Below the pieces are notes generated by a model. That model did no database searches and was not told where the DNA came from. It was given only the letters and a program-made list of their open reading frames with translations. 31,032 nucleotides of DNA from a virus (Duplodnaviria; Caudoviricetes): positions 1 to 31,032 of IMG/VR virus record IMGVR_UViG_3300044723_002287. One strand, given 5' to 3'. Shown piece after piece: positions 14,882 through 24,560 of the stretch. The stretch's first letter is position 1. Every line of letters starts with the position of its first letter. Position numbers and translations under genes: made by a program.

Positions 14882-17800
14882 TTGCGCCTATTCAGTAAAT
14901 CTTCCAGCATCTTACGGGTTTCTGGATCTACTTCGGGCTTGTCACCAACCAGGTTGCGGATTTGTTCTTTAGAAGCCGTATTGCCTTGAATTAGGTCCAA
15001 CTGCGTTTCCAGAAGACGTAACCCACGCATTAGCTTTTCACGGCTGCGTTTTTCGGTAACGGTCTTGGGGGCTCCTAAGACCTGGAGCTTTTGCTGAATG
15101 ATGTCTGCGCCTTCGATCAAGCGTTCCACAACCACCATCTGGTCTGTGCCTGTCACACTTGGCTCAAAGTCTCTGGCTCGGCTAAGGAATGATTGGGTTG
15201 TCAACAAGTCTTGATCAGGCGGTGGTGCTGCAGGCTCTTCCGGTGGAGGGGCAGGTTCTGCCTCCTTGCGCATGGCACGGCTACGGCGGTCTGTTGCCAT
15301 AGCCGGTGCTGCCTCTTCGATAGGTGCGGCAGGGCGTTCCACAGGGCCAAACTTCTCATCTAGGATTTCGTTAGCCTGTTGTTTGGCTTGATCGCTCAAG
15401 AACAGATCCGCATCGCCGTTCATGTGCTTTTCAGTAATCTGCAACAACTCATCAAACGGCATTATGATTTGGCGGCTGCTATACTGTACCCCTCGGTTTT
15501 CGTTTAGGAAGACCAGCTCTAACCCCTTCTCATCGCCACGGACCTTCCAGGCCCACAAGTCATCGCTGCCCGCCAAGTCAATCATCCCCTGACGGCGTTC
15601 TGCCAGAAGTTGTTCCGTAAACTGGGTCAGTGCCTCTTCTACCTTGCCTGCGGGTAATGTCTTAATCTGCGAATTTTTAAGGCGGACTTTGACGGTTTCA
15701 GGGTTCGGCTGAATGAAAACATAGTTATCGGTCACCAAGTGATCTGCCGCCATCCTGACTGCATCACTAAGCGAGATAGGGGGTTGCCTACGCCCCAACT
15801 CCAGCACATAGTCTGTAATAAAAGTCTGAAACTCCTGGCGCACTGCTTCTGCGCCTGGGTCAATACTGAAACTGTTCAGGTAGTCGCGGATCTCATCGTT
15901 TGAAAATATTTCAGTTTGGACATCTGTCAGTTTCTGGTCTGCCTGCCCGAAAAGCTGTCGGACATTTTCACGATTGCTGGCAGCGTTTTCTTCGGCATTG
16001 TAAAGGTTTTGGATAGTCCCAGCTTCCCGCACTTCCGTATACATCATTGCCCGATACGGCAACCCAATGCCGTTTTGCTTGCCCTCCTTACGCGCCATTT
16101 CTGCAATCAAAAGCGGTGCATACAGCGACCCGGCTTCATCTTGGATGTTTTGCATGAAAGCCCTGCGTTCTTCACCGTTCTGCGTGCCGCGATAGTCTTG
16201 GCCTTGTTGCATAATGGCTTGGTCGCTCATCAGTCGAAAATCATGATTATTGATGCCACCTTGGTGTAAGCGCCGTAGTTCCTGTGGAGTCAGGTTTTTG
16301 CTTTTGTCGAGCCTGTGGTAACTGAGTTGCGAATCAACAATCCCTTCCAAGGTCGCTGAACTGAGTGAACTTTCGTTTTCACCAATCTTGTAGAATGAGG
16401 CTCCATTTTCCTTGCGCTCCTTCTCAACCGCTTCAATCGCCTTTGTCGAGACATTGTAGATTTGTTCGAACTTGCTGAGATCCAGGTTGCTGACGCCATC
16501 AATGTAAACAGGTGGCTGAAGGTCGGCCTTGGCTTGGGTCAGTTCAACAATGTCCTTACTGCCTAAGTCCTTGAGTGTGTTACGGGTTTGGATCGCATAG
16601 CCAATCAGCCCTTGTGCAATAACACGGTCTTGATCATCAGGGAGATTCTCCACCAAGGCCGCTGCCGTTGAGGGAGATTCTAGTTCAGCCCGACGGTCTT
16701 CAGGGGTGTTTGGTGACAGAATGGCAGCAACCGTAAATGCTATATCCTTACGGGTAGCGACCTCCCCCTCACGGGCCCTAGTCCGCAGATAGCTTTCGAT
16801 CTCAAGTATTTTTTGGTAACGGTTTTCGCGGAAGGTAGGTAGAAAGTCTGCGTCATTATAAAGCCGGTCCCGCAACTCAGTTGGATTTTCCAACTTCAAC
16901 CTGTCAAAGTCGCTCTCATCCAAGCGCCCTTCGAAGTTGACTACATTCCTTGGGACATCCTGTGGCGCAATCAACTCCTTCTGTGCTTTTTCAAGCTGCG
17001 CCTGTTCATAAGCGGCAAGGCGTTCTTCGCGGCTGGCAGGGCTTTTGAGGATTTCAATTTCGCGTCTGGCAAAGTCGGTAGCGAGTTCCCCCTTGATGTA
17101 GTTGTCTCTAGCCCGAATTACCGCTTGTGCAGACTGTAAAACGTATGACTGTAGACGCTGACGAGCTTCAACCTGTTGAGCTGGACTAAGCCCTTCTATA
17201 GCGGTTTCAATGCGTTCGTTGAGGTCGCTACCCAAAACCCCTTGGAACTCATCATCAGCCATCTTGACCGTGCCTGCGTAGTATTCTGGGGTCAAGTCTT
17301 GTTCAAAGTTAAACAAGCTCTGTTGGCCTTTCAACACACTTTGGCTTACCTGCAAAGCGTTATTGCGGTCAACCGCCCGAATTTTTAGCAGATGGCGAGT
17401 CTGAATTTCCTTATCTTTGAGTAGTTGTTCAACGGCATCTTTGACACGTTTTGGGGCGTTTTTGTATTGCCGTGCAATGGCTTGGTAAATCCCTGTGCCT
17501 TCATTGTCATCCAGCCCTCCGGTCCCTTCAGCCCCATTCAGGAAGTAACTGTAGCGCAGCATTGCTTCAGTAGCATCTTTGGCTGGTTCGTTCTTTTGGT
17601 CCGCTAGGTGTTCATTAAAACTATTGTCAATAAACTGCCCTGCCTGAACGATTGCAATCTTCGCCTGCTCATCCTGCTCCTTCTCGGCCTGTGTCAGGTA
17701 GATGTCTGCAGCGGTGCGCCCTATCTTGGCAATGCTCTCGCCGAGGCTCTGGAGCGCCTGGTAGCGGGCATTTGCTCCGGGAACCTCTGTAGGCATCGGC

Positions 17801-17883
17801 CCAGGGGCATTCGGCACACTAGGGGCTTGTAGGCGATTCTGTTGGGGCAGGACCGTAGCCTGCTGGAAAGGGAGCCTAGCCAT
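14878..17883 (-). CDS. Large internal virion protein
   Basis: 1001 aa helical protein with MARLP N-terminus; position equivalent to T7 gp15. Confidence 0.65.
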   Translation of the reverse strand: MARLPFQQATVLPQQNRLQAPSVPNAPGPMPTEVPGANARYQALQSLGESIAKIGRTAADIYLTQAEKEQDEQAKIAIVQAGQFIDNSFNEHLADQKNEPAKDATEAMLRYSYFLNGAEGTGGLDDNEGTGIYQAIARQYKNAPKRVKDAVEQLLKDKEIQTRHLLKIRAVDRNNALQVSQSVLKGQQSLFNFEQDLTPEYYAGTVKMADDEFQGVLGSDLNERIETAIEGLSPAQQVEARQRLQSYVLQSAQAVIRARDNYIKGELATDFARREIEILKSPASREERLAAYEQAQLEKAQKELIAPQDVPRNVVNFEGRLDESDFDRLKLENPTELRDRLYNDADFLPTFRENRYQKILEIESYLRTRAREGEVATRKDIAFTVAAILSPNTPEDRRAELESPSTAAALVENLPDDQDRVIAQGLIGYAIQTRNTLKDLGSKDIVELTQAKADLQPPVYIDGVSNLDLSKFEQIYNVSTKAIEAVEKERKENGASFYKIGENESSLSSATLEGIVDSQLSYHRLDKSKNLTPQELRRLHQGGINNHDFRLMSDQAIMQQGQDYRGTQNGEERRAFMQNIQDEAGSLYAPLLIAEMARKEGKQNGIGLPYRAMMYTEVREAGTIQNLYNAEENAASNRENVRQLFGQADQKLTDVQTEIFSNDEIRDYLNSFSIDPGAEAVRQEFQTFITDYVLELGRRQPPISLSDAVRMAADHLVTDNYVFIQPNPETVKVRLKNSQIKTLPAGKVEEALTQFTEQLLAERRQGMIDLAGSDDLWAWKVRGDEKGLELVFLNENRGVQYSSRQIIMPFDELLQITEKHMNGDADLFLSDQAKQQANEILDEKFGPVERPAAPIEEAAPAMATDRRSRAMRKEAEPAPPPEEPAAPPPDQDLLTTQSFLSRARDFEPSVTGTDQMVVVERLIEGADIIQQKLQVLGAPKTVTEKRSREKLMRGLRLLETQLDLIQGNTASKEQIRNLVGDKPEVDPETRKMLEDLLNRRK

Positions 17884-18515
17884 TAGGGCGCCGTGGTAGT
17901 CGGTTGTGGGTCAAGCTGACCAAAACGGTAGTAGCCTCCTGCGAAGTCGGCCCCTCCGCTAAGTAGGGTGCTGAACAGCATCATGTCTCTGGAGCCTGCC
18001 AATTCGCCTGCGCCCTGATCCGAAAGCTGGGCCTGACGCATCAGATTGTTGTAGGCCAACTGTCCGCGCCTCAACTCCATTGTCGCTCTCTGCTTGGCTT
18101 CCAGGCGGGTACGGGCGGCTTCGTAACGTGTGTTGTAGTCGATCATTCTTTGGTTATAGTCATTCGCAAAGGCTTGGGCGATCTGTACGTTTGCCGGGGT
18201 GCCGACATTCACGGAAGCGCCAGAGCTACCAGCCCGTGCGCGGATACCGCTGATGCGTCGCTGGCCGGCGATCTCTTCCTGCATCAACATCTCGGCACCA
18301 CGGAACTCAATCGCTCTGGCGTTTTCAGCGCCGGTGCGCATGTAGAGGCTGGCCTGCTCTCTAGCGAAGGCTAGGTTTTCTGCAGCACTCGCCCGGTACG
18401 CCCCAGCCTGCGCTTTCATTGCTCGCACCTGGGAAGCGTTCTGTTGGGCCTGCCCATACATCTTCAGGCCCGTGCTGACTGCGGTAATTGCTGCAAAAGC
18501 GGCTAATGCACTCAT
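17883..18515 (-). CDS. Internal virion protein (T7 gp14-like position)
   Basis: Hydrophobic N-terminus, Ala/Gln-rich body and AGSSGASVNVGTP motif; follows tail tube B. Confidence 0.7.
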   Translation of the reverse strand: MSALAAFAAITAVSTGLKMYGQAQQNASQVRAMKAQAGAYRASAAENLAFAREQASLYMRTGAENARAIEFRGAEMLMQEEIAGQRRISGIRARAGSSGASVNVGTPANVQIAQAFANDYNQRMIDYNTRYEAARTRLEAKQRATMELRRGQLAYNNLMRQAQLSDQGAGELAGSRDMMLFSTLLSGGADFAGGYYRFGQLDPQPTTTAP

Positions 18516-21271
18516 TCGTTGGTCTGGTAATCAATTGCTAGTAAAGTGACAGAAAACGGGTACGGTTGGTCCTGTCGCAAAAATAACTGGGTAATCGTAT
18601 TGAACTGATCGCCAACCTGATAGGTCTTCTCGCCGGTAAAAAAAGCCAAAGCGCTGCCGATATTGTCGCTAGCCGTTCTAAAGACCGCTTCGGTCAGGTC
18701 GCTGATGTTTACGCCAAAGTTCAGCCCAAGGCTCTCCAAATAGGCAATGGTGGCGGCGTCCAGGTCATTCGCGTTGGTGCCAAACTTAAAGCTCAGTGAC
18801 TCCAGCAGGCGCACGGTAAAACGGTGGATGCGCTTGCGGTTTCCTACACTGGTGCCCTGTGAGGTCGCTGCGACCATTGGCAGGGTTTCGATGTCGCTGT
18901 TGTAACCAAAGCCTATGCGGAAATTAGTCGCAGCGGTCTGTAGGGTGATCGCTCCAGAGCTAACCGTTCGGTTGGGCTGGACTGCAGCATCGGCTAGGAT
19001 GGCTACGCTTTCGCCTTCCAGGTGATCCAACCCCAATACGCTGGTGGATGCGCTGGTGCGGCTGGGTGGCTCTTCCAGGCCAGAATCTACAAAGTGTGCG
19101 TCACTTGGCACGACCTCGCTGGCAACAAAATAGCGCTCCATGAATTCGATATAGCGCTTCACACCGCCGTCGATGTCGCGCTTTACAATCATCCAGAGCT
19201 GGTCGTGTGTGCCTCTTGGGATGACTGCGATGCTTTCCACCTTGGCCTGTGATCCATAGGTCGCATCACTGTGGCTTCCGCCAATGGTGTGGCGGTGCCA
19301 GGCCCGCATCTGTAACAGATCCACATAGGTCAGACCCGCTAGCCTGCCATCGTTACGCAAGCACCACAGCACGCTGTAAGGCTGATCCTGGTAGGCGGTG
19401 GCGATGAGGCCAGTTTCGGAGATGTCTTCGCTGCGAAGTGTCAGGTCTGCCGCACTATATTGGTCTTGGAGTTTGTCGAAGGCCAGCTCCCGCAGTTTCC
19501 GCCCATTGGTCTGTACATATAATAGGTTGTTGCCTACCTTGGCGGGCAGGGCTGTGGAGTCACAGGCCCAGGCGCTTACTTTGCTGATCGTAAAATTGAA
19601 AGGGGTCAGCGTTAGATCATCATCGGTTCCGTAGCACTGGAATACGCCACCGGAGGTGCCAATCGTTAGACGCCGGTCTTCGTTCAGCCATTCGATCTGA
19701 TCCACAGTGTCTGAGCTGATGGTGAGACTGAGCGCATTGTCTTCATAGATTTGCTCACCAATAATGCTGCGCCCTGCGCTGTCAAACTGCCCCGTAGAAC
19801 GTCCAAGGGGTTCGGTAGCGGCAAAGTTAAAGAAGTCACCAGTGCGGCTAAAAAATAACGTTTGAGGCTCTTCGCTGGTGCCCGCATAGACTAGGCGCTG
19901 CTGATAAATCTGTACGGTACGCGGGTAGCCTGTTGTCTCGCTGAAACTGCCTAGCTGCCACTCTGTGGTTGCGCCTACGCCTGCGATGGCTTTCTTGAGC
20001 TTGACCAGCACAACCGTGGTTTCTGATCCGCTTAGACGCTCAATGATTTCGCCATAACCCCACTTGATTTGCGGCGCGATTTCAGAGTTCAGCCGTAGGT
20101 AGCGCCCTATATCGCCAGACTGAAAGCCGGTATCGTCGTTGATTCCTGTCACCGCACTCGCTGTGACGCGGATGTACACATCCTTGTCTACAAAGGATTT
20201 GCTGACCGTCATATCATCGGAGGTGGGTGCTGCCGTAATATCTACGGGTGTACCGCCTGCGGTGGTCGCTACCTTGAAGGTGTTCTGTGTGGCACTGACT
20301 ACGAAATAATCGGTGGTTGCCGATAGCGTAGGGGTGCTGGTAAATCCACTGGGGATTGCCGCAAATTGCACCTTCATGCCATTCACCAGTGGGTGGTTCG
20401 CTAGCGTAAAGGTGTTGGTGGTGACATCGACATTACTTGGGCTGACCGTGCCGACCTCTTCGAGACTCAGTGAGCCATTCGTAAAGCTGGCTGTCCAGTT
20501 GGCGGTATCGGCCAGCGCTACCGTCATCGTGGTGGTCGTGGTGTTGGTCGCCAAGAACGGCCCATCTGTAAAGACTACGGTAGGAGTGGTGTAGGTTCCG
20601 CTCACTACAGACGGCAGTAGATTCGTTAAGGTCCAGAGGTTGGTGTCGAAACGCTCCAGGCGGGCTGGCGGGTGGCTGGGATGGGCTAGGAACAGAACGT
20701 CTGCGCTCTGTGTGAAACTCAGCTCATCAACCTGGGCAGCCGTGTAGCTCGTCGTGACTTCGTACCTTTGGCTGATGTTTACGTTGCCGCTGGTGCTTTG
20801 GCTGGTAGTGCTGGTGACGGTGAAGTCATTCCCAGAAGTGCCTGTGATTGTGTAGAACCCGTCAACGCCATCGCCTGAAGTGAAGTCTAGGTAGACCTCA
20901 TCGGAGGTACTGCGACTGTGTCCGGTTTCGGTGACCGTGATGTCGGTACCACTTTGGATATAGGTGCCTGCAACGTCATCGGTGCGGACAGGGCCGTCAT
21001 TGGCAAAGAACCGAATGTATAGGTTGCCAAACTCTAGGATCAGGCTGGTGCCTTGACCACGGCTGAAGGGGATCAGTCTTGCCGCCCCATTGTTTTTTGT
21101 ACGGGCCGCAAAGAAGGTTCCAGGTCGGCGGGTTAGGCTGCCCTGCGGCAGCACAATCATGTTTTCTAGCTTGGCGAGGCTAGACTTGTACGATTCAAGC
21201 TCCACCATCCCTTGCATACGCGGACTGATCTGTCCATCGGCAAAGCTGGATTGAAGGGCCTGAATCCGCAT
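18512..21271 (-). CDS. Tail tubular protein B / nozzle (T7 gp12-like)
   Basis: QSSFADGQISPRM.G, N.IVLPQG.L.RRPGT, TQSADVLFLAHPSHPP, GYP..V.IYQQRL and GLDHLEGE.V.ILAD motifs. Confidence 0.9.
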   Translation of the reverse strand: MRIQALQSSFADGQISPRMQGMVELESYKSSLAKLENMIVLPQGSLTRRPGTFFAARTKNNGAARLIPFSRGQGTSLILEFGNLYIRFFANDGPVRTDDVAGTYIQSGTDITVTETGHSRSTSDEVYLDFTSGDGVDGFYTITGTSGNDFTVTSTTSQSTSGNVNISQRYEVTTSYTAAQVDELSFTQSADVLFLAHPSHPPARLERFDTNLWTLTNLLPSVVSGTYTTPTVVFTDGPFLATNTTTTTMTVALADTANWTASFTNGSLSLEEVGTVSPSNVDVTTNTFTLANHPLVNGMKVQFAAIPSGFTSTPTLSATTDYFVVSATQNTFKVATTAGGTPVDITAAPTSDDMTVSKSFVDKDVYIRVTASAVTGINDDTGFQSGDIGRYLRLNSEIAPQIKWGYGEIIERLSGSETTVVLVKLKKAIAGVGATTEWQLGSFSETTGYPRTVQIYQQRLVYAGTSEEPQTLFFSRTGDFFNFAATEPLGRSTGQFDSAGRSIIGEQIYEDNALSLTISSDTVDQIEWLNEDRRLTIGTSGGVFQCYGTDDDLTLTPFNFTISKVSAWACDSTALPAKVGNNLLYVQTNGRKLRELAFDKLQDQYSAADLTLRSEDISETGLIATAYQDQPYSVLWCLRNDGRLAGLTYVDLLQMRAWHRHTIGGSHSDATYGSQAKVESIAVIPRGTHDQLWMIVKRDIDGGVKRYIEFMERYFVASEVVPSDAHFVDSGLEEPPSRTSASTSVLGLDHLEGESVAILADAAVQPNRTVSSGAITLQTAATNFRIGFGYNSDIETLPMVAATSQGTSVGNRKRIHRFTVRLLESLSFKFGTNANDLDAATIAYLESLGLNFGVNISDLTEAVFRTASDNIGSALAFFTGEKTYQVGDQFNTITQLFLRQDQPYPFSVTLLAIDYQTNE

Positions 21272-21867
21272 TATGGAGCCGGTACTGCTCGGCGGTAGGT
21301 GCTGCCTACCAACCTGGCGTTAATGAATCCATCCGCAATGAACTCGCCTGCCTGGGAGCGCTCCTGGCTGTCTACGCCACGGGCCTCCGCTAGAATCTGT
21401 AAATACTTTGAAAGCATTCGGTCACGCAGCTCCGCACGACCTGTGAGCGCTTCGGCGATCTCACTGCCTAGCTTCATGGCAATGGCGTGCAGTAGTAAGC
21501 TGTCAAACTGGGTGGGGTCGGTGACCTTGGCGATGTAGAGAAGGTTGACCGCTGTTGCATCGGTAAACACAAAGCGGCCTTCCACTTTGTAGTCCTGGTA
21601 AAAGTCTTCGATGTCCAAGACTCTCAAACAGTCAGCGGGGAGGGCAAACTTCTTGGCATACCCCCAGGCTGGAGCGGTGACACTGGCAGCCAGAGCCGCA
21701 CGGGTGACCGCCGCATTCCAGGGGTGAGAGCGAAGCACGGCATCACGGCAGTCTTCATAGCGAAGGTTGCACTGCCGCGCCCGCTCGTTTTCGTCGGTCA
21801 GCGCTGCGATTTTCGCCTCGCCCAGATTGGACAGGGCGATATTACAAATCTGAACGACGCTGGTCAT
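21271..21867 (-). CDS. Tail tubular protein A / adaptor (T7 gp11-like)
   Basis: SVVQICNIALSNLG, RDAVLRSHPWN.A and F.LP.DCLRVL motifs. Confidence 0.9.
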   Translation of the reverse strand: MTSVVQICNIALSNLGEAKIAALTDENERARQCNLRYEDCRDAVLRSHPWNAAVTRAALAASVTAPAWGYAKKFALPADCLRVLDIEDFYQDYKVEGRFVFTDATAVNLLYIAKVTDPTQFDSLLLHAIAMKLGSEIAEALTGRAELRDRMLSKYLQILAEARGVDSQERSQAGEFIADGFINARLVGSTYRRAVPAP

Positions 21868-22286
21868 TAGTCTCCTAGGGTGTAGAAGACCATGAAGGCA
21901 ATGGTCCCAGTCGCGGCTGCGCCACCAACGGTAGCGATCAGATCGGTCTGGGTCGTGTAGTTGTAGCCCACACCGGCGATTGCGTTGGTGTTGGTTACCA
22001 GGTTGGCGGTGTTCATGGTCGTGGCCGTAATGAAACGATCATCGTCAGAAGCGTCGCCGACCTTGAGGGTTACGCTAGCGCCTAGAGCGTCGGCCATCAC
22101 CTTGACTTCCCAGATGGTGGCGCCCTTCGGCATTCTCGCAAAGGTAATCGTGTCTGAAGCTGCTGTAGAACTGGCCTCAAACGTGTCATACCAGACCCGC
22201 ATCCGCCCGTGGGCTTCAGCAGCGTTCACATTCACCGACGGATCAGCCGTGATGTTTGTGATTTTGGTGGTGTTATTATTTGCCAT
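21867..22286 (-). CDS. Probable capsid decoration/cement protein
   Basis: 139 aa beta-rich protein directly after the major capsid gene; AGGAG RBS. Confidence 0.6.
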   Translation of the reverse strand: MANNNTTKITNITADPSVNVNAAEAHGRMRVWYDTFEASSTAASDTITFARMPKGATIWEVKVMADALGASVTLKVGDASDDDRFITATTMNTANLVTNTNAIAGVGYNYTTQTDLIATVGGAAATGTIAFMVFYTLGD

Positions 22287-22299
22287 TAGTCAGCTCCTG

Positions 22300-23181
22300 T
22301 TATGGCGATTCGTCACAAGAAATTTGGACAACCTTTTCTTCTTCCATGCGGGTAGCGCCAATGCTCATGCAGGCATACACCTGGACGGCATAGCCTTTGT
22401 CTGGGCGCTCATCAATGCGCACGGTCAGATCCTTGGCTACCGCTAGCGTGATCCCGTCTACGGCATAAGCAAAACAGGTCCGCACATCCGTTCCACTGTC
22501 GTGTGCCAACCGGGTGCTGGTAATGAAGTTGAACCCCATGAAGGTATTCACCTCGCCTTGTACCAACGCCTTGACGGTGTTGAAATCGCTACTGGTGATG
22601 TTGGTGCTTTCCAAGAGGTCTTGGAGCTGCTTTGGCCCAATTACCATCACACGCGGAATCGACGGGTCTACATCATTGTTATCCATGATGTATTTGGCTT
22701 CGCGCAGCTTGCCAATCGTCATCCCTTCGTTGGAACCTGAGAGGTTGACCGCTACTTTCTGTCCTGCAGGCAGTGCGGTGGTGGTCCCTCCGGTTTCGCC
22801 AGTTTTCGCATCGCCGGTGGCGGCGGTGATGATGACATCATCCATGCTGCGACCAATGGCAAAAGCCTGGGCCTGTGCGTAGGAACTGGTGGGGTCTACG
22901 ATCATCCGTAGCTTGTCCTGGTCATCAATCAGATCGGCGACTTCGTAGTCGGCGAGAGTGACCATTCTGCGGCTATGGGGGGTATCGTTCAGTAGGGTGT
23001 CGGCAGCTCGTGTGGTTCTTACTGATGCGGACTGTGACCCGATTTGGTCAAAAAAGGCTTGTTTGCCGCGAACGGCTTCAACACGCACTAGACCGCGCAG
23101 GCGTGAGCCTTTTTGCTGGCTCAAGTGCTGTAAGTTGGCGCTGTACTGTTGTACGAACGCCGTCGTAATTTGCGATGACAT
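22300..23181 (-). CDS. Major capsid protein
   Basis: MSSQITTAFVQQY, DTPHSRR, ADLID..DKLR, A.A.GR.MDD.II, TSSDFN.VKALV.GE..TFMGF.F and GATRMEEEKVV motifs. Confidence 0.93.
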   Translation of the reverse strand: MSSQITTAFVQQYSANLQHLSQQKGSRLRGLVRVEAVRGKQAFFDQIGSQSASVRTTRAADTLLNDTPHSRRMVTLADYEVADLIDDQDKLRMIVDPTSSYAQAQAFAIGRSMDDVIITAATGDAKTGETGGTTTALPAGQKVAVNLSGSNEGMTIGKLREAKYIMDNNDVDPSIPRVMVIGPKQLQDLLESTNITSSDFNTVKALVQGEVNTFMGFNFITSTRLAHDSGTDVRTCFAYAVDGITLAVAKDLTVRIDERPDKGYAVQVYACMSIGATRMEEEKVVQISCDESP

Positions 23182-23309
23182 TAGTCACTCCAATTTCGGC
23201 TTTCCCATGCCTGAAATCAGAGTTGTCCCGCTAAGGGGGCTCTATGGTAGGTGCGTGATTACGGGTCTGAACGATTGTCCGAACCGCAGCCTCGCATGGG
23301 GGATTGTGC

Positions 23310-23489
23310 CTAGCGTTTACGGCTAGGCGGTGGTTTCTGTCCGGTGTGTGCCGGTTCTAGGTCTGATATAACCCACAGATAATAGGTGGTTGCAAGTGGG
23401 ATCGGATCACTGACATCGACCTGTGTCCCGTTTTCTACTGCAAGCCGCAGGCACTCCATGCGCAGCTCACGCTTCTCTTCTAAGTTCAT
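23310..23489 (-). CDS. Small phage protein between scaffold and capsid (59 aa; not in ORF track)
   Basis: MNLEEKRELRMECLRLAVENGTQVDVSDPIPLATTYYLWVISDLEPAHTGQKPPPSRKR; ATGA overlap with the scaffold stop. Confidence 0.65.
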   Translation of the reverse strand: MNLEEKRELRMECLRLAVENGTQVDVSDPIPLATTYYLWVISDLEPAHTGQKPPPSRKR

Positions 23490-24319
23490 GACAGCAATTC
23501 TCGCAAGCGCAGGGCCTCCTGAACATACCTGTCGTGGTCGCGGTGCATCCCGTCCCAGTAGGGCGAATCTGGGGCCATCAGTTCACTGAGGCGGCCTTCA
23601 ATATCCACACGGCCACCGTTGCCGCTGGTGCCCACATCGTTTTGCAGCAAGCCATCTTCTGCCATCAACTGGCCGACCTTGTTCATCATCTTGACCAGGC
23701 CGGGATGGTTGCCAATGCCTGTCTCTTCCACCAGCTTCAGGGTTTCGGCATCCGCTAGCTGTAGGAACGCACGACGGGCTACATCGGTGTTGGCGGCGTA
23801 GTCTCGCCCCCATTCCTTCTGTAATTCCTGAACGTAGTTCTGTTGCTGGTACTGCCAGGCGTCCCGGTCTGCAGCGGTGTTGGACTCCTGGTTCTTGGTG
23901 TACCAGTCATAGAGCTGACGGGCCTGTACCTTGGAGAGCCCCAGCTTGTGGGCTTCCTGCAGATACTGGCTGGTTACCTCATCCTGGGCATTGATCTCGT
24001 AGCCACTGACTTCATTGGGGCGGCCCAGGCGCTCATACACCTCAGACCAGCCGGTGTCGTCTGGACTGGAGGGCAGACGCACTAACTGATCCGGGGGAAC
24101 GCCCAGGCGCTTAACTAGATGTACATAACTCTTCGCTAGCTTGCCGACATCATCAAAACTGCGCAGGCTGGGTTCATTTGCCAAGTCTTCGGGCAGACTG
24201 GTGGGATCGAACGCTAGGCTGTTGACGCTGGAGCCTTCGGGCGCTAGCCCTGCTTGGCTAGGTTCTATTGGTGCTTCAGATGGCTGCGACGCTGTCGCCT
24301 CTTGGGTCGTAGTCTCCAT
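23486..24319 (-). CDS. Capsid assembly scaffolding protein
   Basis: LAKSY.HL...LG, W.EVYERLGRP, AHKLGLS..QA, L.KEWG..Y and G.GNHP motifs; acidic N-terminus. Confidence 0.85.
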   Translation of the reverse strand: METTTQEATASQPSEAPIEPSQAGLAPEGSSVNSLAFDPTSLPEDLANEPSLRSFDDVGKLAKSYVHLVKRLGVPPDQLVRLPSSPDDTGWSEVYERLGRPNEVSGYEINAQDEVTSQYLQEAHKLGLSKVQARQLYDWYTKNQESNTAADRDAWQYQQQNYVQELQKEWGRDYAANTDVARRAFLQLADAETLKLVEETGIGNHPGLVKMMNKVGQLMAEDGLLQNDVGTSGNGGRVDIEGRLSELMAPDSPYWDGMHRDHDRYVQEALRLRELLS

Positions 24320-24560
24320 AAGGACTGTCTAAAAGGTTGGTAAGACGCTCCAGGTCGGTATTTAAGTAGCGTAGCAGGTCTACCACTACACTGCGCCGCC
24401 CATCGTTGTAGGCGCTGGAATACGCATCCCCTGGAACATGACAGGGATCAAAAATCCCATGCCGTTGACATAGATCCGCAAGCACGCGTTCCCCATGAAC
24501 GCTTTGAAAGACCGTGCGGTAGTCCGCTAGTCTGCGCTTTTCCTTTTCGCTGAGTCTCAT
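24276..24560 (-). CDS. Conserved phage protein (BPP-1 Bbp19-like)
   Basis: Y..VF.S..G.RVLADL...AYNDGRRSVV motif; between portal and scaffold. Confidence 0.75.
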   Translation of the reverse strand: MRLSEKEKRRLADYRTVFQSVHGERVLADLCQRHGIFDPCHVPGDAYSSAYNDGRRSVVVDLLRYLNTDLERLTNLLDSPYGDYDPRGDSVAAI

